Below, one piece after another: positions 24,696 to 33,928 of a DNA stretch of 36,116 nucleotides; positions within the stretch are counted from its first letter, which is position 1; the number at the start of each line of letters is the position of its first letter. The stretch is from a virus. The stretch covers positions 1 through 36,116 of IMG/VR virus record IMGVR_UViG_3300020577_012950; one strand, 5' to 3'. The notes beneath the pieces were generated by a model. The model had not been told where the DNA came from and did no database searches. It saw only the letters and a list, made by a program, of their open reading frames with translations. A program made the position numbers and the translations under genes.

Positions 24696-24958
24696 GCAAC
24701 TGGGGAACGAATTGGTCTGGCGGGTATCGACGCGGCGACGAAATGACCACAGTCCGCAAGGACTGGCTGGACGAGAGGGGTCGAAAGAATACGGAGCTGA
24801 GCAACATCAACACGGCCCTGACGAACCGCCTCGCCAGCGCCTACGCCGAGATTGAGCACCTCAAGAAGCAGAACGAGAAGCAGCGGTCGCTGCTGAAGCG
24901 CATGACCGACGCCATCAATCTGGTCCTCTGGCCCTCTGGCCCCTTGAAGGACAGATGA
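24692..24958 (+). CDS. Coiled-coil hypothetical protein
   Basis: ATGA coupling. Confidence 0.65.
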   Translation: MSNWGTNWSGGYRRGDEMTTVRKDWLDERGRKNTELSNINTALTNRLASAYAEIEHLKKQNEKQRSLLKRMTDAINLVLWPSGPLKDR

Positions 24959-25173
24959 GCAAGCACCTCCACCCGCAGCGCCGGGCCCGGTTCATCCGCG
25001 AGACTCAGCGATGGTTTCCATGGTGGAAGGTCGAGTCCATGGTCTTCAAGAAAATTGGACCCTACTGGGTGGTCCGGTATCCGGGTCAGACACGGGGCGG
25101 ATTCAAGCCGGAGCAGCATCGCCGGGTCCGTCCCGGCCAGCTGAACCGGAGGTCGAATGCAGAGCAAGATTGA
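24955..25173 (+). CDS. Basic hypothetical protein
   Basis: ATGA coupling. Confidence 0.6.
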   Translation: MSKHLHPQRRARFIRETQRWFPWWKVESMVFKKIGPYWVVRYPGQTRGGFKPEQHRRVRPGQLNRRSNAEQD

Positions 25174-25513
25174 GGCCTTCCACTACCTGGAAGACGGCGG
25201 GTACTTCACGACCGTGACACCCGTCGGCTACAGCTGTGGCCCCTGCGGCAAGACCCAGGTTCGCCTCTACCGACTACCGGGCGGAGCCAGCTGCCACAAA
25301 ACGGGGTTCGACCTCTGGTGCTTTCGCTGTGCCTTCTTCAGGAAGGAAACGACCTGGGGCGGCTGGGAAGAGCACCATCTGAACGATGTCTTACCGGCGA
25401 TTCCTACCGAGGACGGGACCACGTACTGGACCAGCCCACCGGACGACGCCGTGCTGTGGTGGAAGCGTTTTCCGGCAATCACGCCGGACATGATGCAGGA
25501 GGTCAGGCCGTGA
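25157..25513 (+). CDS. Hypothetical protein with CxxC pairs
   Basis: GGAGGT RBS; CGPC and CFRC motifs. Confidence 0.7.
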   Translation: MQSKIEAFHYLEDGGYFTTVTPVGYSCGPCGKTQVRLYRLPGGASCHKTGFDLWCFRCAFFRKETTWGGWEEHHLNDVLPAIPTEDGTTYWTSPPDDAVLWWKRFPAITPDMMQEVRP

Positions 25514-25626
25514 CGTTCGTCTGGACAATCGGAGATGCGATTCAGGTCGTCTTCTGGACCCTGGTGGTCCTGGCCTGGATTCTCAGCTGCATCCGCAACG
25601 CCTGGTTGTACTGGAGGTCGAAGTGA
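25510..25626 (+). CDS. Small single-TM protein
   Basis: GTGA coupling with GGAGGT RBS. Confidence 0.55.
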   Translation: MTFVWTIGDAIQVVFWTLVVLAWILSCIRNAWLYWRSK

Positions 25627-25859
25627 GCAACGACAGACTGACGTGGACCGTCTGCTTCGGTCTCCCCCTGGTCTGGTTCGCCTTCCTTCTGGTTCTGGCC
25701 GGCTGTGTCGACCAACGCCGGGCTCACGCGCAAAATTGCGGGGCCTATTGCGTCGGGCTCGGACTTGATGTACACCAGTACGTCGTTGGCGGCGGTGGCC
25801 AATGTATGTGCATCATCAATGTCGACTCCAGGCCTCCAGGCCACAAGGAATGCAAATGA
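25623..25859 (+). CDS. Small membrane/lipoprotein-like Cys-rich protein
   Basis: Hydrophobic N-terminus ending in LAGC. Confidence 0.6.
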   Translation: MSNDRLTWTVCFGLPLVWFAFLLVLAGCVDQRRAHAQNCGAYCVGLGLDVHQYVVGGGGQCMCIINVDSRPPGHKECK

Positions 25860-26503
25860 AAATCCGGGGTTCCAGCGTAGCGACGAGAGCAGCGGAGCGG
25901 TTCGTAAACAGGAACTACCCCTACCTCGGAAAGACCTGGCCGGAGATTCGCAGAGCACCAAAGTCTGACCTGGACGCGGCAGCTGTTGCCGCCCGTAAAT
26001 TGGCAGACACAATTGAATTCGCCTACTCTCCGGTGCCGTCGCAATTCTGGAAGCGGGAGATGATGTCGAAGTTCCCGGACGTGGAGCCAGACACTGATCC
26101 TGTTCCGGCCCCGCGCCGCGTCGGTTCAGGTCTGACCGCAGAGACTCTGAACGTCATCGTCGCGCCTGTGAAGGGGCGCTCGACCGTTGAAGTCACCGAC
26201 GTCACCGACAAGCGTCAGGAGCGACTCCAGACCTCGATTTCGACCGAAGTCCGGACAATGCGGCCGAAGCAAATCTGGAAGGTTGTCTTCCCCGGCCGTG
26301 GCGCCAAGTACTACCGCCTCACGAAGTATCCGGAGTGTCCGGATGGCCAGGACTACTGGAAGACCAAGCAGATGCAGGTCGTGGTGTTGGAGTCTAACCG
26401 TGACGGCCTGGCCCTGACCCGAGACGAGACCATCTTCCTTTTTGAAGCCCCCGAAGTCCCGTCCAACTGGACTCTGGTGGGTCGGCTGAGAACGCAGCAA
26501 TGA
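25856..26503 (+). CDS. Hypothetical protein
   Basis: AAGGA RBS and ATGA overlap. Confidence 0.65.
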   Translation: MKIRGSSVATRAAERFVNRNYPYLGKTWPEIRRAPKSDLDAAAVAARKLADTIEFAYSPVPSQFWKREMMSKFPDVEPDTDPVPAPRRVGSGLTAETLNVIVAPVKGRSTVEVTDVTDKRQERLQTSISTEVRTMRPKQIWKVVFPGRGAKYYRLTKYPECPDGQDYWKTKQMQVVVLESNRDGLALTRDETIFLFEAPEVPSNWTLVGRLRTQQ

Positions 26504-26566
26504 GGTACGCCGCCAGGTGCAGGTTTACCTTGCCAACCCCAACGATGGATGGTAGGACCAATGACC

Positions 26567-27433
26567 ATGAGCAAGACTGAAGAACTTCTCAAGAAGTATC
26601 CGCTGCCGGTGAAGTTCCCGGGTCTGGCCGGCAAACACCTCCTGTTGGTCTGGTGGACCCACAACGAGCAGAACCGTGCCCTGGTGACCAAGTCGGTGGC
26701 AGCCATGGACAAGGCCTTCCAGGCGTACCTGGACAGCGACCGCTACAGTGAAGCTGAGCCACGACGACTCTACGAGGTGGACATCGTGTCGCCACCGTTG
26801 AAGCTGCAGCAGAAGTACGCTCGTGCAAAGCAGGAACGCGAGAAGGAAATCTTCGGGAACTGGGTTGGTGAGACCTGTGCTGGCTTCGACCACGACGTGA
26901 AGAAGTGGAAGAAGGACCCGGTGCCGCTGCCGCCTGGCGTGACTCGGTGCAACGAGTACCGGCCCGACCCTGAGTACTTCCGTGGCCGCGAGGTCGAGGA
27001 GTGGGACCAGGAGCGGCACAGCGAGTGCCTGAATCAGTGCTGGACCGGCTTCTGCTTCGACCTGGAGAGGCTGTACGCTGAGAAGCGAGACAAGTTCCTG
27101 GCGCTCAGCTGGCTCAGTGAGGTCGGGCTCCGGTTCCCGAGCCGAGCCCCGCTGGCCAAACCTGGGAGGAAGCTCTATGAGCTGGAACTCAGTAGCGGCC
27201 ACCACAACGACGGGAACCAGCTACGCCTCGTCAAGGACGTCACCTACTTTGACAACACCCTGTTCTTTTGCCACGCCAAGGAGCTGAAGGTACCGCAGCG
27301 GTACCTGGACGCTCGCAAGGCCCTGGACGACAAGTGGAAGGCTGAAGGAGACGCCCGCCAGGCTGAAATCAGGGCCGGCATCGAAGCCGATCATGACCGG
27401 GAGCGCGAACGACTGAAGGCGGCCCTGTGGTAG
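26567..27433 (+). CDS. Hypothetical protein
   Basis: Long high-GC3 ORF; promoter TTGCCA(26530)-N17-TAGGAC. Confidence 0.75.
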   Translation: MSKTEELLKKYPLPVKFPGLAGKHLLLVWWTHNEQNRALVTKSVAAMDKAFQAYLDSDRYSEAEPRRLYEVDIVSPPLKLQQKYARAKQEREKEIFGNWVGETCAGFDHDVKKWKKDPVPLPPGVTRCNEYRPDPEYFRGREVEEWDQERHSECLNQCWTGFCFDLERLYAEKRDKFLALSWLSEVGLRFPSRAPLAKPGRKLYELELSSGHHNDGNQLRLVKDVTYFDNTLFFCHAKELKVPQRYLDARKALDDKWKAEGDARQAEIRAGIEADHDRERERLKAALW

Positions 27434-27924
27434 CTCGGAAGGACATCATCCGCAGCGGTGACCGAGTCCGAATCATCAATCCCGTCATCGTGACCCGTGT
27501 CGGGTACCCGCGCACCCTCCATTCCTACAGGGGTGAAGCGGAGCGAATCTTCGGGCCGCTGCTCAGCGCCCACATGGAAAAGCGCTGCGTCGAGAAGACG
27601 CTCTGGGAGATTTGCTACGGCCTGGCCCGGAAGGACCGCTTCGGCGGACTCCAACGCAGCCTTCACGTCGAGGAGAGGCCGGAGCTGTTGGGTCAGGTCT
27701 TCACTGTCGAAAGAACCAAGATGGTGCAGACTGGCACCTACAGGAAGGCCTGGGTGTCCCGCAGCTACGAAGGAGACTACGACTACGACCCAGGTGGTCT
27801 TGACGGCATGAAGGCATACCGGCTAGTATCCGGGTTTTGGATCAGCAATTTCACCTGGGTCTCGTCACAGAACGACTTCCCCATGATTCAGGTCGAGCAC
27901 CTGGAGAAGGTCAAAATGTCATGA
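27427..27924 (+). CDS. Hypothetical protein
   Basis: Coupled ORF. Confidence 0.7.
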   Translation: MVARKDIIRSGDRVRIINPVIVTRVGYPRTLHSYRGEAERIFGPLLSAHMEKRCVEKTLWEICYGLARKDRFGGLQRSLHVEERPELLGQVFTVERTKMVQTGTYRKAWVSRSYEGDYDYDPGGLDGMKAYRLVSGFWISNFTWVSSQNDFPMIQVEHLEKVKMS

Positions 27925-28292
27925 ACAAAACCCCTACCGGTGTAGAAATCAAGCTGTACGAAGTCAGCGTCCACGTCGACGGCACCAGGACAGTCCGGGT
28001 CTACAACGCCGTCGAGCACCCGAAGTCGATTCGAATCATCAACACTGAAGACAAGCCGGAGCGACACAGTACCAGTACTCACTACGTCCTGGGCTGCCGC
28101 TGTCAGTTCGGAAAGGCTGAGTTGCCGACAGTCAGGGTGACGGCGACCTGTGGCGCCGCCCTGGCCCGCAGCGAGGCCGAGGCTGTGAAGCTGCTCAAAC
28201 GGGAGGTCCTCAAATACCGCAAAGGACTTCTGGCTCAAGCCGACTCGGTTTTCGAGCTGTACGTGCTGGCCCAGACTCCCAAGGAAGGCTGA
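27921..28292 (+). CDS. Hypothetical protein
   Basis: ATGA coupling. Confidence 0.7.
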   Translation: MNKTPTGVEIKLYEVSVHVDGTRTVRVYNAVEHPKSIRIINTEDKPERHSTSTHYVLGCRCQFGKAELPTVRVTATCGAALARSEAEAVKLLKREVLKYRKGLLAQADSVFELYVLAQTPKEG

Positions 28293-28293
28293 G

Positions 28294-28569
28294 ATGGCAG
28301 ACAAGCAGAAGTGGAGCGGCAGCGGCTCACCCCGCAGCGGATTCCGCAAGGTCTGGCTGCTGGACGCGCAGTGGTCTGACTGCCCCGTCGAGGTCGTGGG
28401 CGAGGTCAAACGACTGTGGAGGAGCCGTGAGCTGGGGAACGACAATTGCATCGTCAAAACGACCCTCCAGGAACTGCGGGAGATGAGTGCTCCCATCGCC
28501 CAGTACGTCCTCGAAAAAGAACCGCTCATCGACCCCAACAACTTGATCCTCATCCACTGGTGGTGGTAA
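28294..28569 (+). CDS. Hypothetical protein
   Basis: Operon spacing; ends in HWWW. Confidence 0.7.
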   Translation: MADKQKWSGSGSPRSGFRKVWLLDAQWSDCPVEVVGEVKRLWRSRELGNDNCIVKTTLQELREMSAPIAQYVLEKEPLIDPNNLILIHWWW

Positions 28570-28577
28570 GGTACGTC

Positions 28578-28793
28578 ATGCCCAAAATCAGAGAAACCCA
28601 CTCCAAGCAGACCACGATTTCCCTGAACGGAACCGAGCTGCGTGAAGCCATCGGCGCCTACCTGAAGCGCGTCATCCCCGGTAGCGCTCACATCGAGTAC
28701 TACCGAGCAGCGACCGCCAACAGCTCAAAATACCCGGAAGGTCTCGGCATCCAGTGGACGGACAGCCACGACGAATTTCCGGAGGGAACATGA
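28578..28793 (+). CDS. Hypothetical protein
   Basis: TAAGG RBS and ATGA overlap. Confidence 0.6.
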   Translation: MPKIRETHSKQTTISLNGTELREAIGAYLKRVIPGSAHIEYYRAATANSSKYPEGLGIQWTDSHDEFPEGT

Positions 28794-29992
28794 TTCAGTT
28801 CCCGGACCTCAAGAAGGACCGCAAGGACATCGCCTGGCTCTGGGACCGAACCCTGTTCCTGACGGCCCACGGCAGCCATGCCTACGGGACCAGTCTGCCG
28901 ACCTCCGACCACGACTACAAGGGCTTCTGCGTGGCGCCCCGTGAGTACTTCTACGGGTACGCGAAGCGCTTCGAGCAGGCGGAGTTCAAGGGTGACCCGG
29001 ACATGACTGTCTACGGCATCCAGAAGTTCTTCAAGCTGGCCGCTGACTGCAACCCCAGCATCATCGAGGTCCTCTTCACGGACAGCAGCGACCACCAGCT
29101 GGTACGGCCCCTCGGTGAGCTGGTTCTGGCCAATCGCGACCTCTTCCTGTCCAGGAAGGCTCGCCACACCTTCAGCGGCTACGCCATCTCCCAGCTGAAG
29201 AAAATCAAGTCCCACTACAAGTGGATTTCCAACCCGCCGAAGGCACCGCCGGTGCGGGCTGACTACGACCTGCCGGAGCGGACCGTCATTCCCGCCGACC
29301 AGCTGAAGACGGCCCAGGCCATGATTCGCAAGCAGGTTGAGCACTGGAACGTGCCCATCGACGAGCTGGACGACGCGGCCCGCATCGCCGTCCAGGAGCG
29401 CTTCATTGAGGCCCTGGCCCTCATCGAGACCGGCTACAAGAACCAAATCATCGGTCGGCTTTCGGAGGTCTTCCATAACCCCGCCAATCGAGGCGAGTGG
29501 CTTCAGGGTGTGGGTAGGGCGATGCGGGAGATTCGCGAAGCACCCGGCGCCAACCTGGAGCGTGTCGCCGGCCAGCTCCTGGGCTTCAGCGACAACTTCC
29601 TGGAGCTGCTCGACAAGGAGCGCCAGTACAAGGGCAAGATGGACGAGTGGGTCAGCTACCAGACCTGGCTGGTGAACCGCAACGAGAAGCGGTCGGAGCT
29701 GGAGCGGAAGTGGGGCTACGACACCAAGCACGGCATGCACCTGGTGCGGCTCATGCGCATGGGTACGGAAATCCTGCGCGGTGAAGGCGTGAAGGTGAAA
29801 CGACCCGACGCCGAGGAGCTGCTGGCGATTCGCAACGGCCTCTGGAAGTACGAGGACCTGCTGGCCTGGGCCGAAGCCCAGGAGAAGCTCTTCGAGGAGC
29901 TGTACGTGACGTCGCCTCTGCCGAAGTCGCCGCCGGTGCTGAAGCTGGACGGGCTGTTGGTCGAGGTCGTGGAGAAGGCCCTGGCGTCTTGA
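28790..29992 (+). CDS. DNA polymerase beta-superfamily nucleotidyltransferase (RlaP/YcgL-like)
   Basis: HGSHAYG..SDHDYKG (GS..DxD), NPSIIEVLF and YDTKHGMHLVRL motifs. Confidence 0.85.
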   Translation: MIQFPDLKKDRKDIAWLWDRTLFLTAHGSHAYGTSLPTSDHDYKGFCVAPREYFYGYAKRFEQAEFKGDPDMTVYGIQKFFKLAADCNPSIIEVLFTDSSDHQLVRPLGELVLANRDLFLSRKARHTFSGYAISQLKKIKSHYKWISNPPKAPPVRADYDLPERTVIPADQLKTAQAMIRKQVEHWNVPIDELDDAARIAVQERFIEALALIETGYKNQIIGRLSEVFHNPANRGEWLQGVGRAMREIREAPGANLERVAGQLLGFSDNFLELLDKERQYKGKMDEWVSYQTWLVNRNEKRSELERKWGYDTKHGMHLVRLMRMGTEILRGEGVKVKRPDAEELLAIRNGLWKYEDLLAWAEAQEKLFEELYVTSPLPKSPPVLKLDGLLVEVVEKALAS

Positions 29993-30025
29993 CACGGATC
30001 CAGGGACAGCCTAGAACTAGAAGCC

Positions 30026-30358
30026 ATGACTGACAGCTTCGACAGACAAAGGCTGGACCGGGAGCTGCCAGTTGGTGCCGGTGTCCCGGACTTCGAGGCG
30101 GCGATTCTACTTGCCGTCTCTTTCCAGAGGGGCTGGCTCAGCAAGGGCACGCTGGCCCTGCTGGCGATGCGGATGCTCAGTGCCAGGGAACAGGACAAGC
30201 CGAAGTTCCTGCGGTGGATCGACGCCCTGCAGGGTCTCACGTACCTGCACAAGCATGACTTCCAGTACGAGCTGACGCCAGCCGGTGCTCGACGCCTCAA
30301 GGAGCTGTACCGCAACATGAGCTTGGCCCTTTGGGGCCTTCAGGAGACACAGAAATGA
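30026..30358 (+). CDS. Hypothetical protein, winged-helix-like C-terminus
   Basis: YELTPAGARRL; promoter TTGACA(29989)-N17-TAGAAC. Confidence 0.65.
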   Translation: MTDSFDRQRLDRELPVGAGVPDFEAAILLAVSFQRGWLSKGTLALLAMRMLSAREQDKPKFLRWIDALQGLTYLHKHDFQYELTPAGARRLKELYRNMSLALWGLQETQK

Positions 30359-30450
30359 CTACTTTTTCGCACAATGCCGTACCGCAACATGAGCTTGGCC
30401 CTTTGGGGCCTTCAGGAGACACAGAAATGACTACTTTTTCGCACAATGCC
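30307..30450. repeat. Perfect 72-bp tandem duplication
   Basis: 30307-30378 is identical to 30379-30450. Confidence 0.97.
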
Positions 30451-30810
30451 GACGGATTCTGGACCACTACCGCCGCACTTGGAGGTCGTGTCGGTCGTGG
30501 CCAGAGTCGCAGCGAGCCACGAGCCCTCGCCTTCGCCCTTCAGGACATCGCGGACCAGCTCATCGCTGAGTCTCGACTCAAGGTCCTGGGCCGCGCCGAC
30601 ATCTGGGACATGGCCCTTTTTGATGAGGTCAAGTTGGAGGGTCGGAAGGTCTTCTCTCGCCCCTGCCTCGTTCCCGACCCCAGTGCCCGTAAGCAGTACC
30701 TGGAGCTGCCGGCGGCTGAGCGTGGCGCCTTCGTCCTCGAAGGTGTGCTGGACGACAGCCTCAGCGAAGAAGACTTCAACCGAGAAGTGGCTGACGCGGA
30801 GTCGAAGTAG
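30355..30810 (+). CDS. Hypothetical protein (alternative start 30427)
   Basis: AGGAG RBS and ATG are present in both repeat copies, in frame. Confidence 0.65.
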   Translation: MTTFSHNAVPQHELGPLGPSGDTEMTTFSHNADGFWTTTAALGGRVGRGQSRSEPRALAFALQDIADQLIAESRLKVLGRADIWDMALFDEVKLEGRKVFSRPCLVPDPSARKQYLELPAAERGAFVLEGVLDDSLSEEDFNREVADAESK

Positions 30811-30861
30811 GTTGTACCAGATTCCGAGCCGTGCTAAAACCGTAACCCCCAAGGAGAACAA

Positions 30862-31302
30862 ATGAAAGTCTCAGTTCAAGAAGGCAACAAACTTTTGATG
30901 CGCCTCGTCCGCAAGCTCCGGAGCCTGCCCCGCCGCCGCTTCTACTACGGCTACTGGGCTGGCTGGGAGTGGACTCCTGGTCAGGACCTGGAGACCTGCG
31001 GCACCAAGGCCTGCGCCCTGGGCTGGGCCACGACCCTGCCTTCTCTCCAGAAGAAGGGTCTCCACCTCAGCATGAACCAGCATGGCACCAGACAGGTCCT
31101 GGTCAAGGGCATGTCGTACCGCTACGGAAGCAACGACGTGAGCCGCAGCATTGCCTCAGCCAGCCGAGTCTTTGGCATCAGCCACGACGAAGCCCGGAGT
31201 CTCTTCATCCCAGGCGTGTTTGACAACAGCCTCAGCTCCGACGCCACTGCCAAGCAGGTGGCGAACCACATCGAGAAGTTCGTCGCCGCGAGGAAGCCGT
31301 GA
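30862..31302 (+). CDS. Hypothetical protein (CGTxxCxxG family)
   Basis: AAGGAG RBS; CGTKACALGW motif; promoter TTGTAC(30812)-N17-TAAAAC. Confidence 0.75.
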   Translation: MKVSVQEGNKLLMRLVRKLRSLPRRRFYYGYWAGWEWTPGQDLETCGTKACALGWATTLPSLQKKGLHLSMNQHGTRQVLVKGMSYRYGSNDVSRSIASASRVFGISHDEARSLFIPGVFDNSLSSDATAKQVANHIEKFVAARKP

Positions 31303-31610
31303 CGACCAAAATCTACGGCCGCAGCGACGACCTCATCGAGTTCGAGGGTGACGTCGAAGGCGAGGTCGGCGTCTTCCTTGAAGATGACGAGGCGGCGTTG
31401 GTCATCTTCACGGACGGAACCATCCTGGAGGTGAAGTACGGCAAGCCCCAGGGCGGCATCTGGGCAATCACGACCGTCCACAAGGGACCGCTCTTCGACC
31501 GCATCGAGACCTGCGAAGAAGAGACCGACGAGGGCTACTCTGACATCGCGTACCTCCGCGACGGAGCAAAGCTGGCTTTCGCCGCCACGAAGTGGGAACG
31601 GGTCAAGTAA
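31299..31610 (+). CDS. Acidic hypothetical protein
   Basis: IYGRSDDLIEFEG..DGTILEV pattern; coupled ORF. Confidence 0.75.
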   Translation: MTTKIYGRSDDLIEFEGDVEGEVGVFLEDDEAALVIFTDGTILEVKYGKPQGGIWAITTVHKGPLFDRIETCEEETDEGYSDIAYLRDGAKLAFAATKWERVK

Positions 31611-31621
31611 AGGAGCTTCAC

Positions 31622-31885
31622 ATGGGTGACGTCTACGGCAAGGGGCAGTTCGCAGTGGCAGTGAACGTGGCCAACGAGTTCGAGGAGCTGCACCGCTTCG
31701 AGACGATGGCCGAAGCCAATGCCTTTGAAGAGGGCTGGAACTCCGGCTCAGACAAGTTCGGTGGCGACGGCTTTGCCGTGACGATGACCGAAGGTGCCAT
31801 CACCATGTGGGGTGAAGACCAGGACCTCTTCTTCCGATTCGCGCGGAAGAAGATGACGGACCTGGGCATGGAGATTCCGAAGTGA
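31622..31885 (+). CDS. Hypothetical protein
   Basis: AAAGGAG RBS. Confidence 0.7.
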   Translation: MGDVYGKGQFAVAVNVANEFEELHRFETMAEANAFEEGWNSGSDKFGGDGFAVTMTEGAITMWGEDQDLFFRFARKKMTDLGMEIPK

Positions 31886-32640
31886 CTGCCAACGAAGAGA
31901 AGCGGTTGGCGGAGATCAGGGCGCGATGGGAGGCGGCTGAAAATGTCGGGATTCGCGCGGTTCTCGCCCATGCCGACGAAGACGTGCCGTTTCTGCTGGA
32001 GACCGTCGCATCACTGCAGAGCGAGTTGAACGCGTCCATTGACGACGGGGTGATTGTCAGTAAGGCATGCGACGACTTCCAGAACATGGCGCACGAGTCG
32101 GTGCGCCGGGCCGAGGCTGCAGAGGCGAAGCTGGCCGCGTCGGAAGCGGCGGCGGGGCAGCTTCGGGCGGCGCTGGAGAAGATCGATAAAGGACTCGATG
32201 ACGCTGGGGAGGACCCGTACATCTACGGCGAAGTGACTGCACGCGACGAGGCATGTCAGGCTCTCGCCACCGACGCCGGGAAGGACTGGGTGTCGCCCGC
32301 AGCGGTGAAGGCCGAACTCGATGGGTGTTGGGCTCTCATCAAGGAACAGCGAGACCAAGGTGAGCAACTCCGCGAGGATGCGGAGCGGCTGCGGAAGGAG
32401 AATGAGAACCTGCGCGGTCAACTCCGCATCGCGGCTGACCTCACTGGAATCATCTCAGAAGAGGAATGCGCTCGACGGTGCCAGGAGGTGGCAGACCAGT
32501 GGGAGAAGTCGTTCAAGGCAACCCTGGCCGGCGTCTCACGGGTCAACCCCGACTTCTTCGATACCGGCCCGTTCAAGAACCCGCTGCGACAGATGGAGTT
32601 GCTGTCCATCATCGACCGCGTCATGAAGGGAGGTAAGTGA
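31882..32640 (+). CDS. Coiled-coil hypothetical protein
   Basis: RLAEIRARWEAA..HADEDVPFLL N-terminus and heptad-rich body. Confidence 0.7.
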   Translation: MTANEEKRLAEIRARWEAAENVGIRAVLAHADEDVPFLLETVASLQSELNASIDDGVIVSKACDDFQNMAHESVRRAEAAEAKLAASEAAAGQLRAALEKIDKGLDDAGEDPYIYGEVTARDEACQALATDAGKDWVSPAAVKAELDGCWALIKEQRDQGEQLREDAERLRKENENLRGQLRIAADLTGIISEEECARRCQEVADQWEKSFKATLAGVSRVNPDFFDTGPFKNPLRQMELLSIIDRVMKGGK

Positions 32641-32867
32641 TGAGCGCCTTGAAACGGTACCGAGTCCAGGGCGAACTGACCATCTCCGTCAGTACCATCG
32701 TCTGGGCAACCTCGGCAGCTGCCGCCAAGACCCTGGCTGAGGACAAGCCCGTCCAGGGTCTGTGTCACCAGTGTTCTTCCGGCGATGAAGAAGAGACCGA
32801 ATGGGTGACCAGCGGTGAGCTTGACGGTGCCCCGGCGAAGCTTCAGGTAGAGGAGGAAGCGCTGTGA
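32637..32867 (+). CDS. Hypothetical protein
   Basis: GGAGGT RBS; coupled ORF. Confidence 0.65.
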   Translation: MMSALKRYRVQGELTISVSTIVWATSAAAAKTLAEDKPVQGLCHQCSSGDEEETEWVTSGELDGAPAKLQVEEEAL

Positions 32868-33097
32868 GCGCCAGCAGCTTCGTCAACGCCCTGATTGGGC
32901 TCGCCCGTGACCACAAGAGGAAACAGAACTTCCTCAAGAAGAGACCCGGCGCCAACATCCTCGCCGAGTGGCACAAAGTCCACCATGCCATGGTCCAGTC
33001 CGGCTACTTCAAGCAGGATGAAATCGAGCAGTTTGCCACGGCCCTGAAGGACCTGTTTCAGACCTCAGACCCCAGACGAAAGAAGGGACAGTCTTGA
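32864..33097 (+). CDS. Hypothetical protein
   Basis: GTGA coupling. Confidence 0.65.
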   Translation: MSASSFVNALIGLARDHKRKQNFLKKRPGANILAEWHKVHHAMVQSGYFKQDEIEQFATALKDLFQTSDPRRKKGQS

Positions 33098-33315
33098 GCG
33101 GCAAGAAAGAGAAGGCTGCCAGGCGGGCTGCCGGCATCAACCTAAAGGCCGTACGGGCCCAGGAGCAGGAGGCTCGGGACAAGGAGATGGCGGAACTGCG
33201 CGCTGCCTACGAGGCCCGGGAACGGGTCCTGGAAGTGGAGGGCAGGTCGCCACGTAACAGGCCCCTCCCGGTCCTGGCCATCGCCGCCATCATGGCTGGA
33301 GGAGGTTTACGATGA
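33094..33315 (+). CDS. Hypothetical protein
   Basis: TTGA coupling. Confidence 0.6.
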   Translation: MSGKKEKAARRAAGINLKAVRAQEQEARDKEMAELRAAYEARERVLEVEGRSPRNRPLPVLAIAAIMAGGGLR

Positions 33316-33539
33316 AGAAGAAACCGCAGGGCGAGGCAATTCCCAGCTACGAAACCCGTATCGACTCGGGGACCTTCATTCTCCGCTGCAAGGAGGGCTC
33401 CTTCACGGACAGTGATGGATTTGGCGAGTGGGCGACCGAAGACCGCTGCTTCCCGGAGCTGCCGGACGTCCACCCCAGCGATGTCCGCAAAGAAGGATTC
33501 ACGCCTCCCTACCCTTTCGTGGTATGGTATTCAGCATGA
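33312..33539 (+). CDS. Hypothetical protein
   Basis: GGAGGT RBS. Confidence 0.65.
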   Translation: MKKKPQGEAIPSYETRIDSGTFILRCKEGSFTDSDGFGEWATEDRCFPELPDVHPSDVRKEGFTPPYPFVVWYSA

Positions 33540-33928
33540 GCATGAACGGTCGAGATCTCGAAGCATTCGCAGAACAAATCATCGCCGGCAACCTCCAGGC
33601 CCGCCAGGACTTTGTCCGCCTCTTCATGGACGAGAACCCCGATGGCAGTGGCTACCCGGCGGTCCTCTTCGCGCTGCGGATGCTCTGGAAGCGGCACGGG
33701 CCCGTGAAGGGTGTGGCTGAAACCTGCGTCCAGGCCCTGGACGTTGCCTGCCGGACCCGGCGCCGCGACAACCTGGCTGTGGGCGGCCTCCTGTCCCTGA
33801 TTTCCCTGAACGATGGTCTGCTCGGCATCGACTCGGTCTCCAGGGTCTTCCCGGAGCTGAAGAACGCGGAAATCGTGGCAGAAATCATCACCTGCACGAC
33901 GTCCGTGGCGAGGTTCAGCCGATGCTGA
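33536..33928 (+). CDS. Hypothetical protein
   Basis: ATGA coupling. Confidence 0.65.
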   Translation: MSMNGRDLEAFAEQIIAGNLQARQDFVRLFMDENPDGSGYPAVLFALRMLWKRHGPVKGVAETCVQALDVACRTRRRDNLAVGGLLSLISLNDGLLGIDSVSRVFPELKNAEIVAEIITCTTSVARFSRC

